64,000 nucleotides of DNA from Phoronis australis (taxonomy: Eukaryota > Animalia > Phoronida): contig NMRA01000116.1 in the NCBI GenBank assembly GCA_002633005.1, positions 1 through 64,000 on the forward strand. The letters run 5' to 3'. Positions 39,593-52,352 of the stretch are shown piece by piece (the stretch's first letter is position 1; every line of letters starts with the position of its first letter). A program made the position numbers and the translations under genes. Below the pieces are notes generated by a model. The model ran no database searches. It saw nothing but the letters and a program-made list of their open reading frames with translations, and had not been told where the DNA came from.

Positions 39593-40465
39593 GTGATTAT
39601 TGCTGACAGTGAACATAAGTGGCCATTTGGTTGTGCAACGGACACCAAATGCCAAAAATCAACCAATGCTTGAACTAAATGATCATTATAGCCACTCAAT
39701 TCTTTATTAGTAGCATTGAAAAAACTCGAAAATAGCAAGAGGGCCGTGACAAATTCTGTACAAATTGGAGAATGCCTTGCTTTCAACACTGGTAGCACAC
39801 AGAACTTGGCAGTATGCCAAATCTGAGTTAGACACTTATACGTACTCGAAGACATCTGTTGTAGCTTTCGTGCAAGCATAATGAATTTGACTTTTGACAC
39901 AAATGATCAAAATATCGAAATTGTGCATAGCCTCATTTCAAGTTGAAGATCAAGAACATGGAAATTCCTTTTTGTGAAATGTGCTCCAGAATTCAACTCT
40001 CCTCTTTTGGAGGTGTAGAAAAACGCATTGTGTGATTGATCTAGTTTTTAAAGTGTGAGGCTGTTAAGTCACTTTTGAGCTAAGTGAGATCAATAAAGAA
40101 CACTATATTATACCCCACGATTCAGCTTTTTGAATTTTTACGTCAGCATGTCAATTATCAAAAACAGGGAATCCTTTCTGCACTCAGTGGTGTTATGACC
40201 AGGAGTGGAATGCCATCTGCACTTGGCTCTTTGAGTCTATCTTAATGGAGAAGCCTGTCTACACTCAGTTGTATGACTGGGAATCCGATGTGTATAGTTG
40301 GTCATCTTGATCAGGATCCCTGAATGTGTGGAAGTCATGATGACCGGGAATTCCAAGTTATTTTGTCTGCTCGGATTTTTTCGTGGGCTATAATTGCAGG
40401 GGAGATAAAAGTAACTATAATTGTATATTGTAAAATCCCATCGTCTTTTATTCTTTTGCATCCAG

Positions 40466-40561
40466 ATGAGCTTGAACTTGACGACCAATGACCTCTTGAC
40501 ATTCGCAGCCCTGTTGAACAGCACTGCGGACTCTTACAAGAATACAAGTGCCAGCGCATCG
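40466..40561 (+). CDS. prom: Prominin coding exon 16
   Basis: MSLNLTTNDLLTFAALLNSTADSYKNTSASAS; phase 0 to 0; donor gtgagt. Confidence 0.9.
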
Positions 40562-41323
40562 GTGAGTGAAAAAGTAGTGGTATCATACTGTTGCTCAGTT
40601 GTTTAATGTTTTGAAACATTTTGTATTGGAAAAGAGGATGACTGCTCACTTGAAAGCTGTCATAAATCATGTTCTATTAAAGAATTCAACGTTTGATTTT
40701 GACTTCTTTCTGCCATGACACTGATCTCAACGTGTTCCTTAATCAGGAGCAAAAGGGTTTTTATTCGTTGAGGGACTGATAATTCCTTATTTCTGAGATT
40801 ATGCTTGTGATCACCAGTGATAACAAACTGCCAATTCTTTCCAAAACCTAGAAGTCTCCAGCCATTTGGTTGAAGAACAAGTTAGGATCAATTTCATAAC
40901 AGTAAATGGTCTAAATCAGACCAAAGACTGGTTTGTTGTACACATGCCTTTTAAGTCGCAGTCTGATGCACACATTTTTTAGTTGCATCACGCGATCAAC
41001 TGGCGACATGTACTCTTGATATTTCAAAACCCTGATTTATGATGTCATATTCGTTATACACTCTTTTTAATTTCCGTACCCATCCGGATTAACACCCATG
41101 CTTTGGTTAACAATGACACTAGAAATATCAAATTTTCACTTTCAAATGTCCATACTTGGCTTAGTGTCCACCTCCAATTGAGACTTCTTAAACTTACTAG
41201 TGGCATTGGGTTAATGCTCTAGTAAACGAGAATTTTAGCTCCCATAACACACACAACTCGCTTACCTTTTGGTCAAGAACAGTTGGTTTCATTGGCACCT
41301 TGCCACATTATGGCAGGAAAATA

Positions 41324-41722
41324 GCCACTCTCCAATCTTTGTACTCGAAACGAACTCGAAACTATTTTTGGCAATTTCTCTGCTCCTTTTGTGCGAACGT
41401 AGGATAATTGGCTATCAGACTGTGCTCGAATACATTATAGTTTATGCATAGGAGTTTCTAGTTCAAGTTTGCCCTTGAAGACCCTTATATTCGTGCTACA
41501 AACTCGAGTAAAAACTCGAAATTTCGAGTTCAAACTCGAACTTATTGCTTTAATATTGGGTTTACAAACTGTGAACTAAGGGCAATAAATTATCTACGTA
41601 AGTTATTGTGTACTCGAGCATAGAATAATAGACACTTATCTTGAGTTCGCCCAAAAGTAGAGTAGAAAATGCCAAACCTAATTTCGAGTTCCATTTCGAG
41701 TAAAAAGATTGGAGACCGGGCC
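41324..41722. mobile_element. Long imperfect-palindrome MITE
   Basis: tctccaatcttt.tactcgaaa..gaactcgaaa is inverted at tttcgagttccatttcgagtaaaaagattggaga; a related partial copy lies at about 62020-62240. Confidence 0.75.
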
Positions 41723-42385
41723 CTGGTCATGTCTCAGTGTACTTTTAAGGTGGACATTATAGTTCTTATTGATTTATTTGTAAAATCATTTACATGCAGT
41801 ACAATTTTCTCAATGTGTGCATCGAAAATTTTAAAATAACTCTTTAACTTTTAATTTCTATATATACATGTAGACTGTAGCAAGGTAATATTATTGAAGG
41901 TGTCTGTTCTGTGACTCATACATGAGGTTACTGAAGGGAATAAAGGACTGGGTGATGCTGGTGTGCAACACACTGGCAATAAACCCTGAGCATTCTTGGT
42001 GTATGGGATTTTGAATTGTGTTTCGTTACTTTTGATGTTGTTTCAGTTTGTTTTATTCATGTTATGTTTTCATGAATAGTTGATTGACTGTTAATTTCAG
42101 TTGGAAAGAGGTCTTGAGAAAATTTCTATGTACGTCCATATCTGTGATAATTGATACAGTCATGGTTTGTACACCTAATGTGAAACTGTATTTCCATCTG
42201 ATAGCAACAATTGGTTGATATGATTTGTCCACTCCTGTTGGACTGGTAACATTGATACATACGCATCGAGTGAAAAGATTCAGTGTTTTTGTTTAGATTA
42301 CATTTGGGGTTAACACTCTGCTTAAAAATGTACTGTCAAAGTATTGCACCTTGCTGTAACTTGGTCGTCTCTGCTCATGTCACAG

Positions 42386-42514
42386 GCCGCGTTGCAAAAT
42401 AGTGCAGACGAGGTGGCAGCTCTTCAGACTGTCTATGCTGCTCAAGTGAATAAAGATAAAGAAGCCCTGCTCAATGCCACTGATGCTCTGTTTGCTGAGA
42501 TTCCCGTTTTCCAG
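42386..42514 (+). CDS. prom: Prominin coding exon 17
   Basis: AALQNSADEVAALQTVYAAQVNKDKEALLNATDALFAEIPVFQ; phase 0 to 0. Confidence 0.9.
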
Positions 42515-42589
42515 GTAGCTGCAGCGTTCTATTTTCTCATCTCATAAACTGGCTTGGCTGTTGATTATTACTTTTAAGTAAATTACCTT

Positions 42590-42830
42590 GGGCTTGTTCC
42601 AAGCAAACAGACTTAGCTAAGACAAATCTTAAATTTCAGTTAATTTTTGAGATAGAACTTTTAATTTTGTCTCAAGTCTGTTTCAAGAGAGCGATCCTGA
42701 GTTTTACTAAAGTCTGACTTAAATTTTGTCTAACTTACCAGATGTGAAAGCTTTAAAGTTTGGAAGTTGAGACAATTGATGGACTTACGTCAAAGATGAA
42801 CTTAATAAGTCAATTTCTTGGAACGGACGT
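42590..42830. mobile_element. Degenerate MITE
   Basis: Imperfect inverted ends gttccaagcaaacagactta / taagtcaatttcttggaac; internal agactta-like subrepeats. Confidence 0.45.
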
Positions 42831-43718
42831 CTTTTCTTTGCTGTATGTACTTGTGGCTACAGATCTGCCTTCCACGACAAACACCAACTTTTAAGTTTAG
42901 ACCACTTACCATTAAGTGGATTTGGTCTCAAACTACTCCTTAATCAAACTGGAGGTGACATGTGGGACTCAAATAACTGATAGTTCATTAGTGCTTGTGA
43001 CCAGGAGACCAAGTTATCTTGTCACGTCATGTCATTTTGTGCGCTTAGCATGGTCTCGAGGAATAATAAATTGTCCGTTCTTTGCTATCCCAGAATTCAC
43101 TTCTTGTCTGAGCAACTATTTATTTCTTTTTTTCAATTACCTAGAATAGACAGTTTCAATTACCTTTTAGAGTATTTAGTTGCAATATGCCATATTGACC
43201 AAAAACGTCTTCAAAAAGTTGAGATTTTATATATTGCATGAAGTAATAAGTAATCACTAAGCACCGTTTACTGAGAGTAATAGTGTAACCATAATTGTTA
43301 ATAGTTCTCTTTTAATTCTTAGCTGTGCGATTTTCTTAAGTTATAGGTAATCAATTACACTAACAATTTGTCATGCAACAACAGTCTCTTTTTTATGTAC
43401 TATAAAGATGTGTTCGTCTGGGGTTAGTCTTGTAACCTACCCTACTGCAACTAGTCCAAGTGCATGTATGAGTATTTTGCAGCATACATTTTGTATAACA
43501 TGGAACTAATCATGTTTTCAATACAGATGGTGTTGATGTTGTTGAATATCACATGCTTATTGTGTCTCTTCTACTGATTCAGCCTTTAATTTAAGGTTAA
43601 AGTACTCTTAAGTCACGGTTAACCTACCTTCTTTAGGTACATTTCTAACGAAGGCAATTCCACGTGATTTTAGTTTCAATTCTGATTGTGTTGTGAAAGT
43701 AAGTGATTTTTGTTTCAG

Positions 43719-43799
43719 AATAAGTCTAACACTGTGAAGACCAACCTTTTAAACACACAGACTTACCTCCACGTAAATGGAACTGCTGACATAAAAGCG
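43719..43799 (+). CDS. prom: Prominin coding exon 18
   Basis: NKSNTVKTNLLNTQTYLHVNGTADIKA; phase 0 to 0; donor gtgagt. Confidence 0.9.
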
Positions 43800-44115
43800 G
43801 TGAGTTGTGTACTAACCTACCGTAGGTAGCAGTGCGGGGTCTCTTTCGACGGGTATACACTGATCTCTTGCTAGGCACAAATAGCACCCATTATACCTGA
43901 GCTTGTGTTTTGTATATGTATGAGTATACAATATTTATGTAATGGTGAATATTCTTTCTGGAAAACGTTGTTATCGCACATTTTTTGCTGTAAACACGTT
44001 TAAATCCATCGTTTGATATGTGAGCTGTAGTGGTATGATATTTATGTTAGTGTCATCAGCCTTAGTTCGGTACAGCAAAACCTTGTCTTATTATATTTGC
44101 CTTTTTGTCTTACAG

Positions 44116-44184
44116 CAAGTTCAGACCTATGCCAACAGAGTGCTGGGGGTGGCTGATACTTTTGCGGCAAGAGCCTTGAAAGTT
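44116..44184 (+). CDS. prom: Prominin coding exon 19
   Basis: QVQTYANRVLGVADTFAARALKV; phase 0 to 0; donor gtaagt. Confidence 0.9.
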
Positions 44185-44848
44185 GTAAGTTCTGCGTAAT
44201 GGTTTTATTTTAACAGAATTGCTCTTGCAGGTTTGTTTCTGAGCTGAGCTGTTCTGATTAGTCATGGTTTGACTTTATTAGATGTCTCTCCAGGGCATAC
44301 TGGGAATAGTGATTTTTCTGAATGTGCATCCAGTAAATAACTCTTCTGTAATGTGATGGTAATCCAGTAAGCGTACTGTTTTTCTTACTTGCAGATGTAT
44401 TTCTGGACACCCCTTGTGAGTTCTTTCAAATTAACATTTGATACCCATCCAGCTGTGTCCTACCAATACACAAACATTTTTCTGGAAGTTTTACCTTAAA
44501 GAAGTTGCGTTCTTGAGAATCTGCCCGCCTTTGTGTCACACTAAGTGACTGAAAGTTAGTCTCCCTATCCCAGGATTTGAAAAAAATCGTTACTTTAGGT
44601 TTTTTGAGTGCTGCACATGATTTAAATTCTCTGAGTTTCAAGCAACTTCCAAGACTTTTGATTCGTATAGTCCAAGTTCATATTGGTCATTACAGCCATA
44701 ACCTTGTAAGTAGGACTATCTGCCCTGGGTATGAGTTTCCTCAGTTCAAACTAAGGTCAAAGGTCAAGGTCATCGACATCTATTGTTAGTCACTCTCTCC
44801 AAGACTCATTGGGGAGTGCAGCAGCTCACTGTCCTTTGATAATTTCAG

Positions 44849-44941
44849 CTGAACAATGACCTTGGCAAGTGTGGCCAGGTTTGGACTGTCTATGAAGAGT
44901 TGACGTCTAAAATTCTCTGCAGCTACCTGATTGATGTCTTG
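44849..44941 (+). CDS. prom: Prominin coding exon 20
   Basis: LNNDLGKCGQVWTVYEELTSKILCSYLIDVL, with the conserved Cys pair before TM5; phase 0 to 0. Confidence 0.93.
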
Positions 44942-45261
44942 GTAAGTATGAGAGAAAGCACAGCAGCTCTTCATATATATGGCCGGAAAGTTAAATTTTG
45001 TTTAATTTGTCGAATTTCTGCGCAAAAATAAAAAATGTAAAATATTTCATTGCTATCTTGGTTTGTACCATGTGGTTGTCAGTTCTCGTTATTTGCAGCT
45101 TTTGAGAAATAGCGAAGTGACAATTTTAGGGATTATCTTTGTGGCGAATTACAGTACCATAGCAGAACAGAGATCTGGATAGCAAAGTACAAAAACATGT
45201 AATTTGAACTTTAGCAAGTTGAAAATAAATTGTTTCCTAGAATTGAAAATATTGAGCAATA

Positions 45262-45442
<181 letters not shown>

Positions 45443-45544
45443 AGTGCGAACATAATTGTGCATTTTGACTTGGCAGATCCCGTGCTTTTGGTTGCCACTG
45501 TGGCTATTGATACCTCTTAAATTAACAACATTGTCTCGTTTCAG

Positions 45545-45693
45545 AATGGTTTCTGGATCTCTCTCGGCTGGTGTCTCTTCTTCTTCACTCCCTCCATCAT
45601 CTTCTCAGTCAAGTTGGCCAAGCACTACCGCTGTATGAAGTACAAAGGGGAGGGGTTCGACGAGAAAGAACGTGACACAGAAATGATGAACTC
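45545..45693 (+). CDS. prom: Prominin coding exon 21 (TM5, start of C-tail)
   Basis: NGFWISLGWCLFFFTPSIIFSVKLAKHYRCM is the prominin TM5 signature; phase 0 to 2. Confidence 0.97.
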
Positions 45694-46699
45694 GTATGTT
45701 GTTTTGTTTCCTGTTCATTAAACTTGATGGTTTTAATATTAATATGTTTGAGACCTTATTCAATGGGCCTGATTGGAAAAGGAAAGTCCAGGAGCAAGAT
45801 TCGTGCGGTGTGAGCACCTGAAAGCTAATGAGATCATGTGCTTTAAATGTCATGCACGGACAATATCTCACAAAGATTTGCGTGATCTTAAACTCACAAG
45901 AACAGTCTTAAAGAACATAGCTGAATAGATGAGTTTTACTTTAATTTGATAAGAAAACATACCATTGCCTGAAAGTGGATAGAAATTTATTGGTTTGAAT
46001 GGAAATGCTATTTAAAGTTCACAATTTGGGAAAGCAAATGGAAGCCTGAGTGTTCATTGACCTACCGGTTACTGGAACTGGGGAAATGCAGATGTTTTCA
46101 GCTTGCCTGTGTGACATCACTTTCAACCAGACAGAACTATGAAGTTAACTTAAATGTGCACGTGTAATCAGTTTGGGGTGATGGTGGACAAGTGACCCAT
46201 CCCATGTGGATTTCACAGGAACATCTCTTAACGCTGGATTAAATTCAGACAAACGGAATGCTAGCCGAAATTGCTTTTCGCCCCATTGCCCTTTGAAAAA
46301 TTGTTTACATGCTCCCTACAATGATTAAAAATTGTATATTTTGTACACATTAGCCAATGACCTGTGAGCTCCAGAATATATCGATTGATTGATAATCTGT
46401 TTTGACAATATCCTGTAATACTTCCATTTGTTAGAGCTGCAGTAAGTGAAAAGATATTCAGTAAAGCTAAGAAACACTGGAGCCTCATCATGTAGAACAT
46501 CCTATTTTCAGTCCCTTTTTCTGTTCAAATTTTTATGTGACTTGATTTTTGTAACACTGTTAATAATCCTTTAATTTTCCAACAAATGTTCATTGTCATC
46601 TTGTAAGTAATTGCATTGTCACCTAGTGTTGTTGCAGACTTTTAATATTTAACTCAGGCATCTTGAAGATTACTTACTGTGTTTCATTTTATATTGTAG

Positions 46700-46726
46700 G
46701 GATGGCTCTTGGAATCAGATGGGGAG
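46700..46726 (+). CDS. prom: Prominin 27-nt symmetric C-tail exon 22
   Basis: ttttatattgtag|G GAT GGC TCT TGG AAT CAG ATG GGG AG|gtatgt (DGSWNQMG); phase 2 to 2. Confidence 0.75.
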
Positions 46727-47069
46727 GTATGTATTATATATTATTTTACCTATTAGTTGTATACAGTGGAGCCTGCTTAATGTCGTATCCTCAGTTTCTA
46801 TGTAAATTATGATGATGAGCAGGATACTCCACTAAACAGGTGTCTACTTAGCGGTGATCATAAACACTGCTACTAGCTGAGAGTAACGCGGTGAATTGAA
46901 TCAAATGCTTTTTCAAAATCAAGTATTGAATCACTACATATATTCTGTTTATTTTACTCTAACTTGTAAATGTTCAGGCCTTTCTGTATTGTTAGGTAAA
47001 TTAAGGTTAATTTGATATTCATTCTTAAGATAGTTCATTTAATACCTGTCTCGTTCTTTCTCATTTCAG

Positions 47070-47103
47070 TAACAAAATAGCCCCTGGAGACAACGCATGG
47101 TAA
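47070..47103 (+). CDS. prom: Prominin exon 23: terminal for the short isoform (SNKIAPGDNAW*), or internal to 47099
   Basis: Strong acceptor ttctttctcatttcag; TGG TAA overlaps the donor TG|gtaaag. Confidence 0.8.
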
Positions 47104-48186
47104 AGACAGCCGTGAAAACACCTCTCCTTTTTGTTGTGTGTAAGCTTATTTCTTTCCTATTTTTCGTTTTCCATTTCAAATCTGTTGGTGCTGTGGTATC
47201 TTTTAGTTGCAATAAGCACTTGAGACAAACGTCGGCATTCCACTGAAGGTCAATGATTCTACCTGTGTGAACCTTTTTGGAAACGTCCCCAAAGAATTCT
47301 TAACTCATAGTGCATGGTTGTAAGTTGAGTGTTCTTAAGCCTCAAAAGTAAAAAAAAAGCTCAGCATGCAGAGATTCGTGATTCAGAATGTGTGCCAAAA
47401 CATATTTGTTTGCAATGCTCATTTTATTGTGGTGCAAACTTCAAATGGTTTGTACTTTGTTAAATGCTAATTTTTTCATTTTAAATATTCTGACAGATAT
47501 TTTTTGTTAAAATGTTTTAAAAGTCAAATTTTTATTGTTTACACACCCTTCAGTTCAGTTGTCTTTGCATTTTAAAAATTATGAAGTCGTGTCTCATTTG
47601 TTCTGTCAGGAGTGATTTTCTTCTGGATTAGCCTTTGTTAAATCGTACAGATCTCAAAGTAATAGCTCAAGCTATGCTTGTCCTGAAACGTTCTAATTAC
47701 TACTCTTTTGACTACACTTACAAATATCTTCATTAAATATAACATCCTGCAATATTTTTATTTATATTTAATGCTAGCCACAGGACTTATCACAGGTAAA
47801 CATGTGATAGTTTATAATGTGTCTGTTTTGTATATGCACTTGGTCATGTAGTTTTAAACCTGTTATGTAAAATCTGTGGAATCCTGGAACGAACATTAGC
47901 TCTGTTCATTTATCTCTGTTCTGTTTTGGCTGTGGGAAGGAAGCCGTTCTATTTCCTTTAATATTTAGTGGCTTTTATTTAATCTGTGCTCTGTGATTAG
48001 TAATTGCAGTAACATCTGACAACTTTAAGACACATTATGGCCGACAAATGTATTGAACCAGAATGGTGAACTCAATATTCACTAGGTGTCACTACTGAAA
48101 TACCTGCATGCAGACAAATCATGTTGTCCCCTTATTACACGAATGACCCCATGCCCTCATTTTATTCAGATGTACCTTTATTCATT

Positions 48187-48201
48187 AGCGCCATCTGGTG
48201 A
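48187..48201 (-). promoter_or_regulatory. CTCF-like motif
   Basis: The - strand reads TCACCAGATGGCGCT against the consensus CCASYAGRKGGCRS; motif match only. Confidence 0.3.
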
Positions 48202-49177
48202 ATATCGTTCACAGTTATAGCTGATTCAAAATTTAATTGGGTCACGAAGCCCATGAAATCAAAGCAGCCACAGCCGTAACATTGAAGGTGTTTTTGGACA
48301 TAAACAGACCTTATATTTGTAGTTGTATGTGTATTTTACATGCGACCATAGAACTGTTGTTTTCCATTTTATATCAGACATTTGCTTACTGGGGAACTGA
48401 TGTAAAATGACAAAAACACAACAGATTTTATCGATTTATAGCTCTGGTCAAAGCTAATAAGTTTAAGAAGTCTATTCCATCCAACAATCCCAAAAAAGCT
48501 TTTTTCAACCACAAAACCAATAGTATCCCTTTAAGGTTGTTTGATCCCTTGATACAATTTCAGCAGGTACATGTTGTGATTGCAAGTTATTGTTGATGAA
48601 TGTTGAATATTTGGAATTACTACAGTCCTCTGGGTTAAAGCCCTTCCCCGAAGTTTCCAAATTTCCACGTTCAAGCACCCATGCCCATTCCCAATTTTTT
48701 CGATCCACACTTCCTTTAAGTTGAATTTTACCTCCCAAAACATCCACTACTCAATATGCCACGTTTTATGTACGTACAAAAGTGTGTAGTAACTTATAAA
48801 CAACATCCCATCCACCTGTGGTTTGTCGTTACCTTTGTTTGTGCTTGTCCATCAATTATCTCAAAAATCGCTTGACTGATCATGATTAAAATGTTTCGTT
48901 TATGACAAGATGTGACTCGTCATTCAGTTTTTGATATCGTTCTTGTTTGCCAAGTGAATTTACCATTTGGGAAATGCCCAGCTTCTCGAAAATTTCTTTT
49001 TAAATACCATTCCCGGTTTTACACTCACCCACAGATTTTTGAGTTCTCAATTTATTAGCGTTCTGAGCGGTAATCCAGTTGACAACAAAAAGGTTTCTCT
49101 ATTTTTATGAATGCTAGCTTCTGGGAAAATTAATTTTAACTGAAAGTTTCTTCATTTTTCTTTCTTGTATTTTCTAG

Positions 49178-49433
49178 GAATGAGAAGAATCCATCAAGTC
49201 TAGGATCAGCTGTTATTCCTTCAAGTCGGGCTGGCACGGCCATGGATCAGAAACGCTCCAGCTCTTCGCTAAATCAAGTAGCACCCAACGATAAAAACTT
49301 GGGAAGCCAAACTGAGCTGCTGCGTTCAAAGACCTCAGCTAGTCAAGCTGACAAGTCGCGTCTTGGTACATCTATGAGTCAAACTAATGATCCGAACAGA
49401 GTGTCAGCTCCTGGCGAAATTGAACAAAACTAG
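49178..49433 (+). CDS. prom: Prominin exon 24, terminal exon of the long isoform
   Basis: Long pyrimidine tract ...tttctag|G, phase 2; open 84 codons NEKNPSSLGSAV...LNQVAPND...PNRVSAPGEIEQN*, followed by AT-rich UTR-like sequence. Confidence 0.78.
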
Positions 49434-51353
49434 ATATTACTTGAAGAAGTACCACTTGAATATTGTACACATACTGTCGTGAATGGTTTATTTCTGTGCA
49501 CATTTGCTCAATGAATGGCTGAAATTGAAGTAAAACTTACTTCTGGCCAGTGACAAATGATTAAAACGCCACATAGAGGTTCTGCGTCGGTGTAGCTATT
49601 TATTGTCACTGCTAAAGGTGACTGAGCCCAAAGCTTGTGCCAATAAGTATTTGTGCTGACTATTTAAATACTTTTAAATTCAAATGTTGTAGCCTCAATA
49701 TCTTTAATTAGTTTGCTAATGTTGCTGTTTCTTTTTTTATTCTTTTTTCATTAAAAATCCATCATTATGTTTATCAGAGAATGATAATGTGTTGCCACAC
49801 CATGTCATGTTTCTAAAGTGCACTTACTAAATTCCATTATTTAGATTGTTGGAATATTGCTCTCCTAGGCATGTGGACTGTTTTAAATTGCTGACATTGT
49901 CTCTCAGTAGATGAGGTGTTTGCAGTTATTTAACTGTTTTTTTTAACTATATGCACAAAAACGTTTAATTGAAACAGTCTTTAAATCTTTTTGGCTGATT
50001 TTCAATTTTCATATCAGTGTTATCATTTATCTTATGTACTTAAATGTCTCCAAGTTGTCCTGTATTATGTCTTCTCTTTGATTTTTTCAGTTAATTTTTT
50101 CATATAGTCATACTGCCTGTATATCACCTGTGATTAGTTGTCACAAGATATATGATATTGTGCTAAAAAATAAATAACCAAGTGATAAAACTATAATATA
50201 CTGGAACTCGTTTACACGGTACTTTGGACATTGAAGGCCATATAAGGTGTGAATAAAATTCTCGCCTTATTTCAATAATAAAGGACAATGAAACATGTGC
50301 ACACAGCGCACACAGCAGGAGTCAGCTGTATAACCACAACAGGAAGGTCAAAGGTCAGATTTCAGGATGACAATGACACTGCTAGAGAAAACCAAGGAAT
50401 GTGACACCAGATGATGTGATTATATGAAAAATTGGTGGTTAAACTGGAAAAATCAAAGTTAAGTAGGAAGTTTAATGAGACTTATTGGCCTATAAAAGAA
50501 GGTTACTGTCAACTTATCTTATGATGTGTAAACATACTTAAACTACTCTAATAGAATCTGCTGAGGGTATTTCGGTTGGAGCTTAAATAATATCAAACTT
50601 TACTGTGATATAGAATATTGTTTGGGTTTTAGTGTAATTGTTTTTTTTTTAGATTTTCATCAATTGTATTCTTAAACTTAAGTTTTTTACAAAGTATATT
50701 CGTCAACGGTCACGTGATAAAGGATTTGGTGAAATTATACTGTGCAAGGATTATCAATCTGTCAACTTAAAGTTAACATCAAGTTTCAAAAGAAATTGCA
50801 GTTTTCTACTGCATCCGTTTTGTAAGTTTAAAACATTTTGACTTGATGTATTGTACTTGTGTATATTTTCTGGTCAGATTGCTTTGGTCAGTGTTACTTT
50901 TGAATCTCTTTGTAGCATGTGTGAGTTTTGTCTTTTGGAAATATTCAAGTTTTTGTAAATAGTTTTGTGGAGGGAAACGCTAACATTCCATAAAAAGCAT
51001 ATGTTGTGCTGCACTGGAAGTTTATTATTAAAAGAATTTCATTAAGATTATTGTTAACATGTCATATGTATTTATATATATTGTAACAGGGTTTGACATT
51101 AAATAGCATTTTCCTAGTGTAACAAAGGATGGATTTCATACTTGAAAAGATGTTAAAATGCTTTCCACTGATGGAAAATACTTTTTAGGGTAGTTGCTCT
51201 TACTAAGGTAGGCCATGCTTGCATTAGGCCTAACAAAATCCAGCCATAGCTGACCTTGGCTCCAATTTGTTTTCATTTGGATAAGCAGCCAAAATTTGGC
51301 CTTGACAGTGGTGATGTCTGTACCAAGTATATTTTTGTATTGTCTTGTGCTAT

Positions 51354-51359
51354 AATAAA
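51354..51359 (+). terminator. Candidate poly(A) signal of the prominin long isoform
   Basis: AATAAA followed by a T-rich tract; other AATAAA at about 50169 and 50252. Confidence 0.35.
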
Positions 51360-52332
51360 CAAAGGAATGCAAGCAACATTCTTAATGTTTTTAGTTTTTA
51401 TTTTCCCCGCATGTACAGATGTCATCTGTATGGTGTTCTTCTGAATCAGCTGTAACTCTCAAACCCATTACAGGAACTTCGTGAAATTTGGCAGATGTGC
51501 TGCTGTGAGTTGGAATATTTTGTGGGCCAGTGGCTGGTTGGATGAAATGGACACAGTAGGGAATCACTATATTTTCTGAATTTCAGCACGTTTGTGAACT
51601 TACTTAACTACTACTATCATGTCTTTATTGGGAGCCTTTTTGCATACATTTTCTAATCATTATGTCCGAAAACCAGGCCTCCTTATACATAACCAGAACA
51701 TAAATGGGGACCGAGTCTTTATTACCAGGTTGATGAAGAAAAGACCCTTATTTATGTTAACAATCTCGAGAACTCGACTATTTCTCATTATTTATCAAAG
51801 CTAAAACTTGATGTAGCTGAAGAAAGGGCAATCGGTTCACAAATGCTCAGACGATTTAGGGAACTGCCACGTCTCTGTTAGGACTGTGTCGTGAAACTGG
51901 CAATAGAAGCCCCAGAGCCAGTATTCAGGTCTAGAACCGCGTGATTGTTGCTTAATATTAGCCTCGTCCGTTTCATTACCAGGCCATGGGTCCAAGGCCA
52001 CAGAAGGGTTATCAAATTACTTCTGTGACCATTTGTGGGTGATTTTTATTTTGATGCTTTTCATATCATGAACCATTGTATGATACAAAAGTAAAAATTT
52101 TTAATGTTCAAATTTGCACATTTCCAAAAAATTTGACGATTAATTTGGCTAATTTCAATATAACAGAATGTATTCAAAACTGAAATTACCGTAGACGTCC
52201 GAAAGAGATGATATTGGAAATATTTTCATAAAAACATGGTATTATTTTATCTCATTAAAATCCAACTTTATGGCACTTCCATTACTGAATTAGTTGAAAT
52301 TTGGAACCGCCATTCCAAACATTTAATGCTAC

Positions 52333-52352
52333 CAGGAAGAGATCTCTTCCTG
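52333..52352. mobile_element. 20-bp perfect palindrome with 7-bp TSD
   Basis: ATGCTAC|CAGGAAGAGATCTCTTCCTG|ATGCTAC. Confidence 0.65.

Noticed and set aside
39373-39900. 175-aa minus-strand ORF
   Set aside because: Partly the antisense shadow of prominin exon 15; no recognisable domain.
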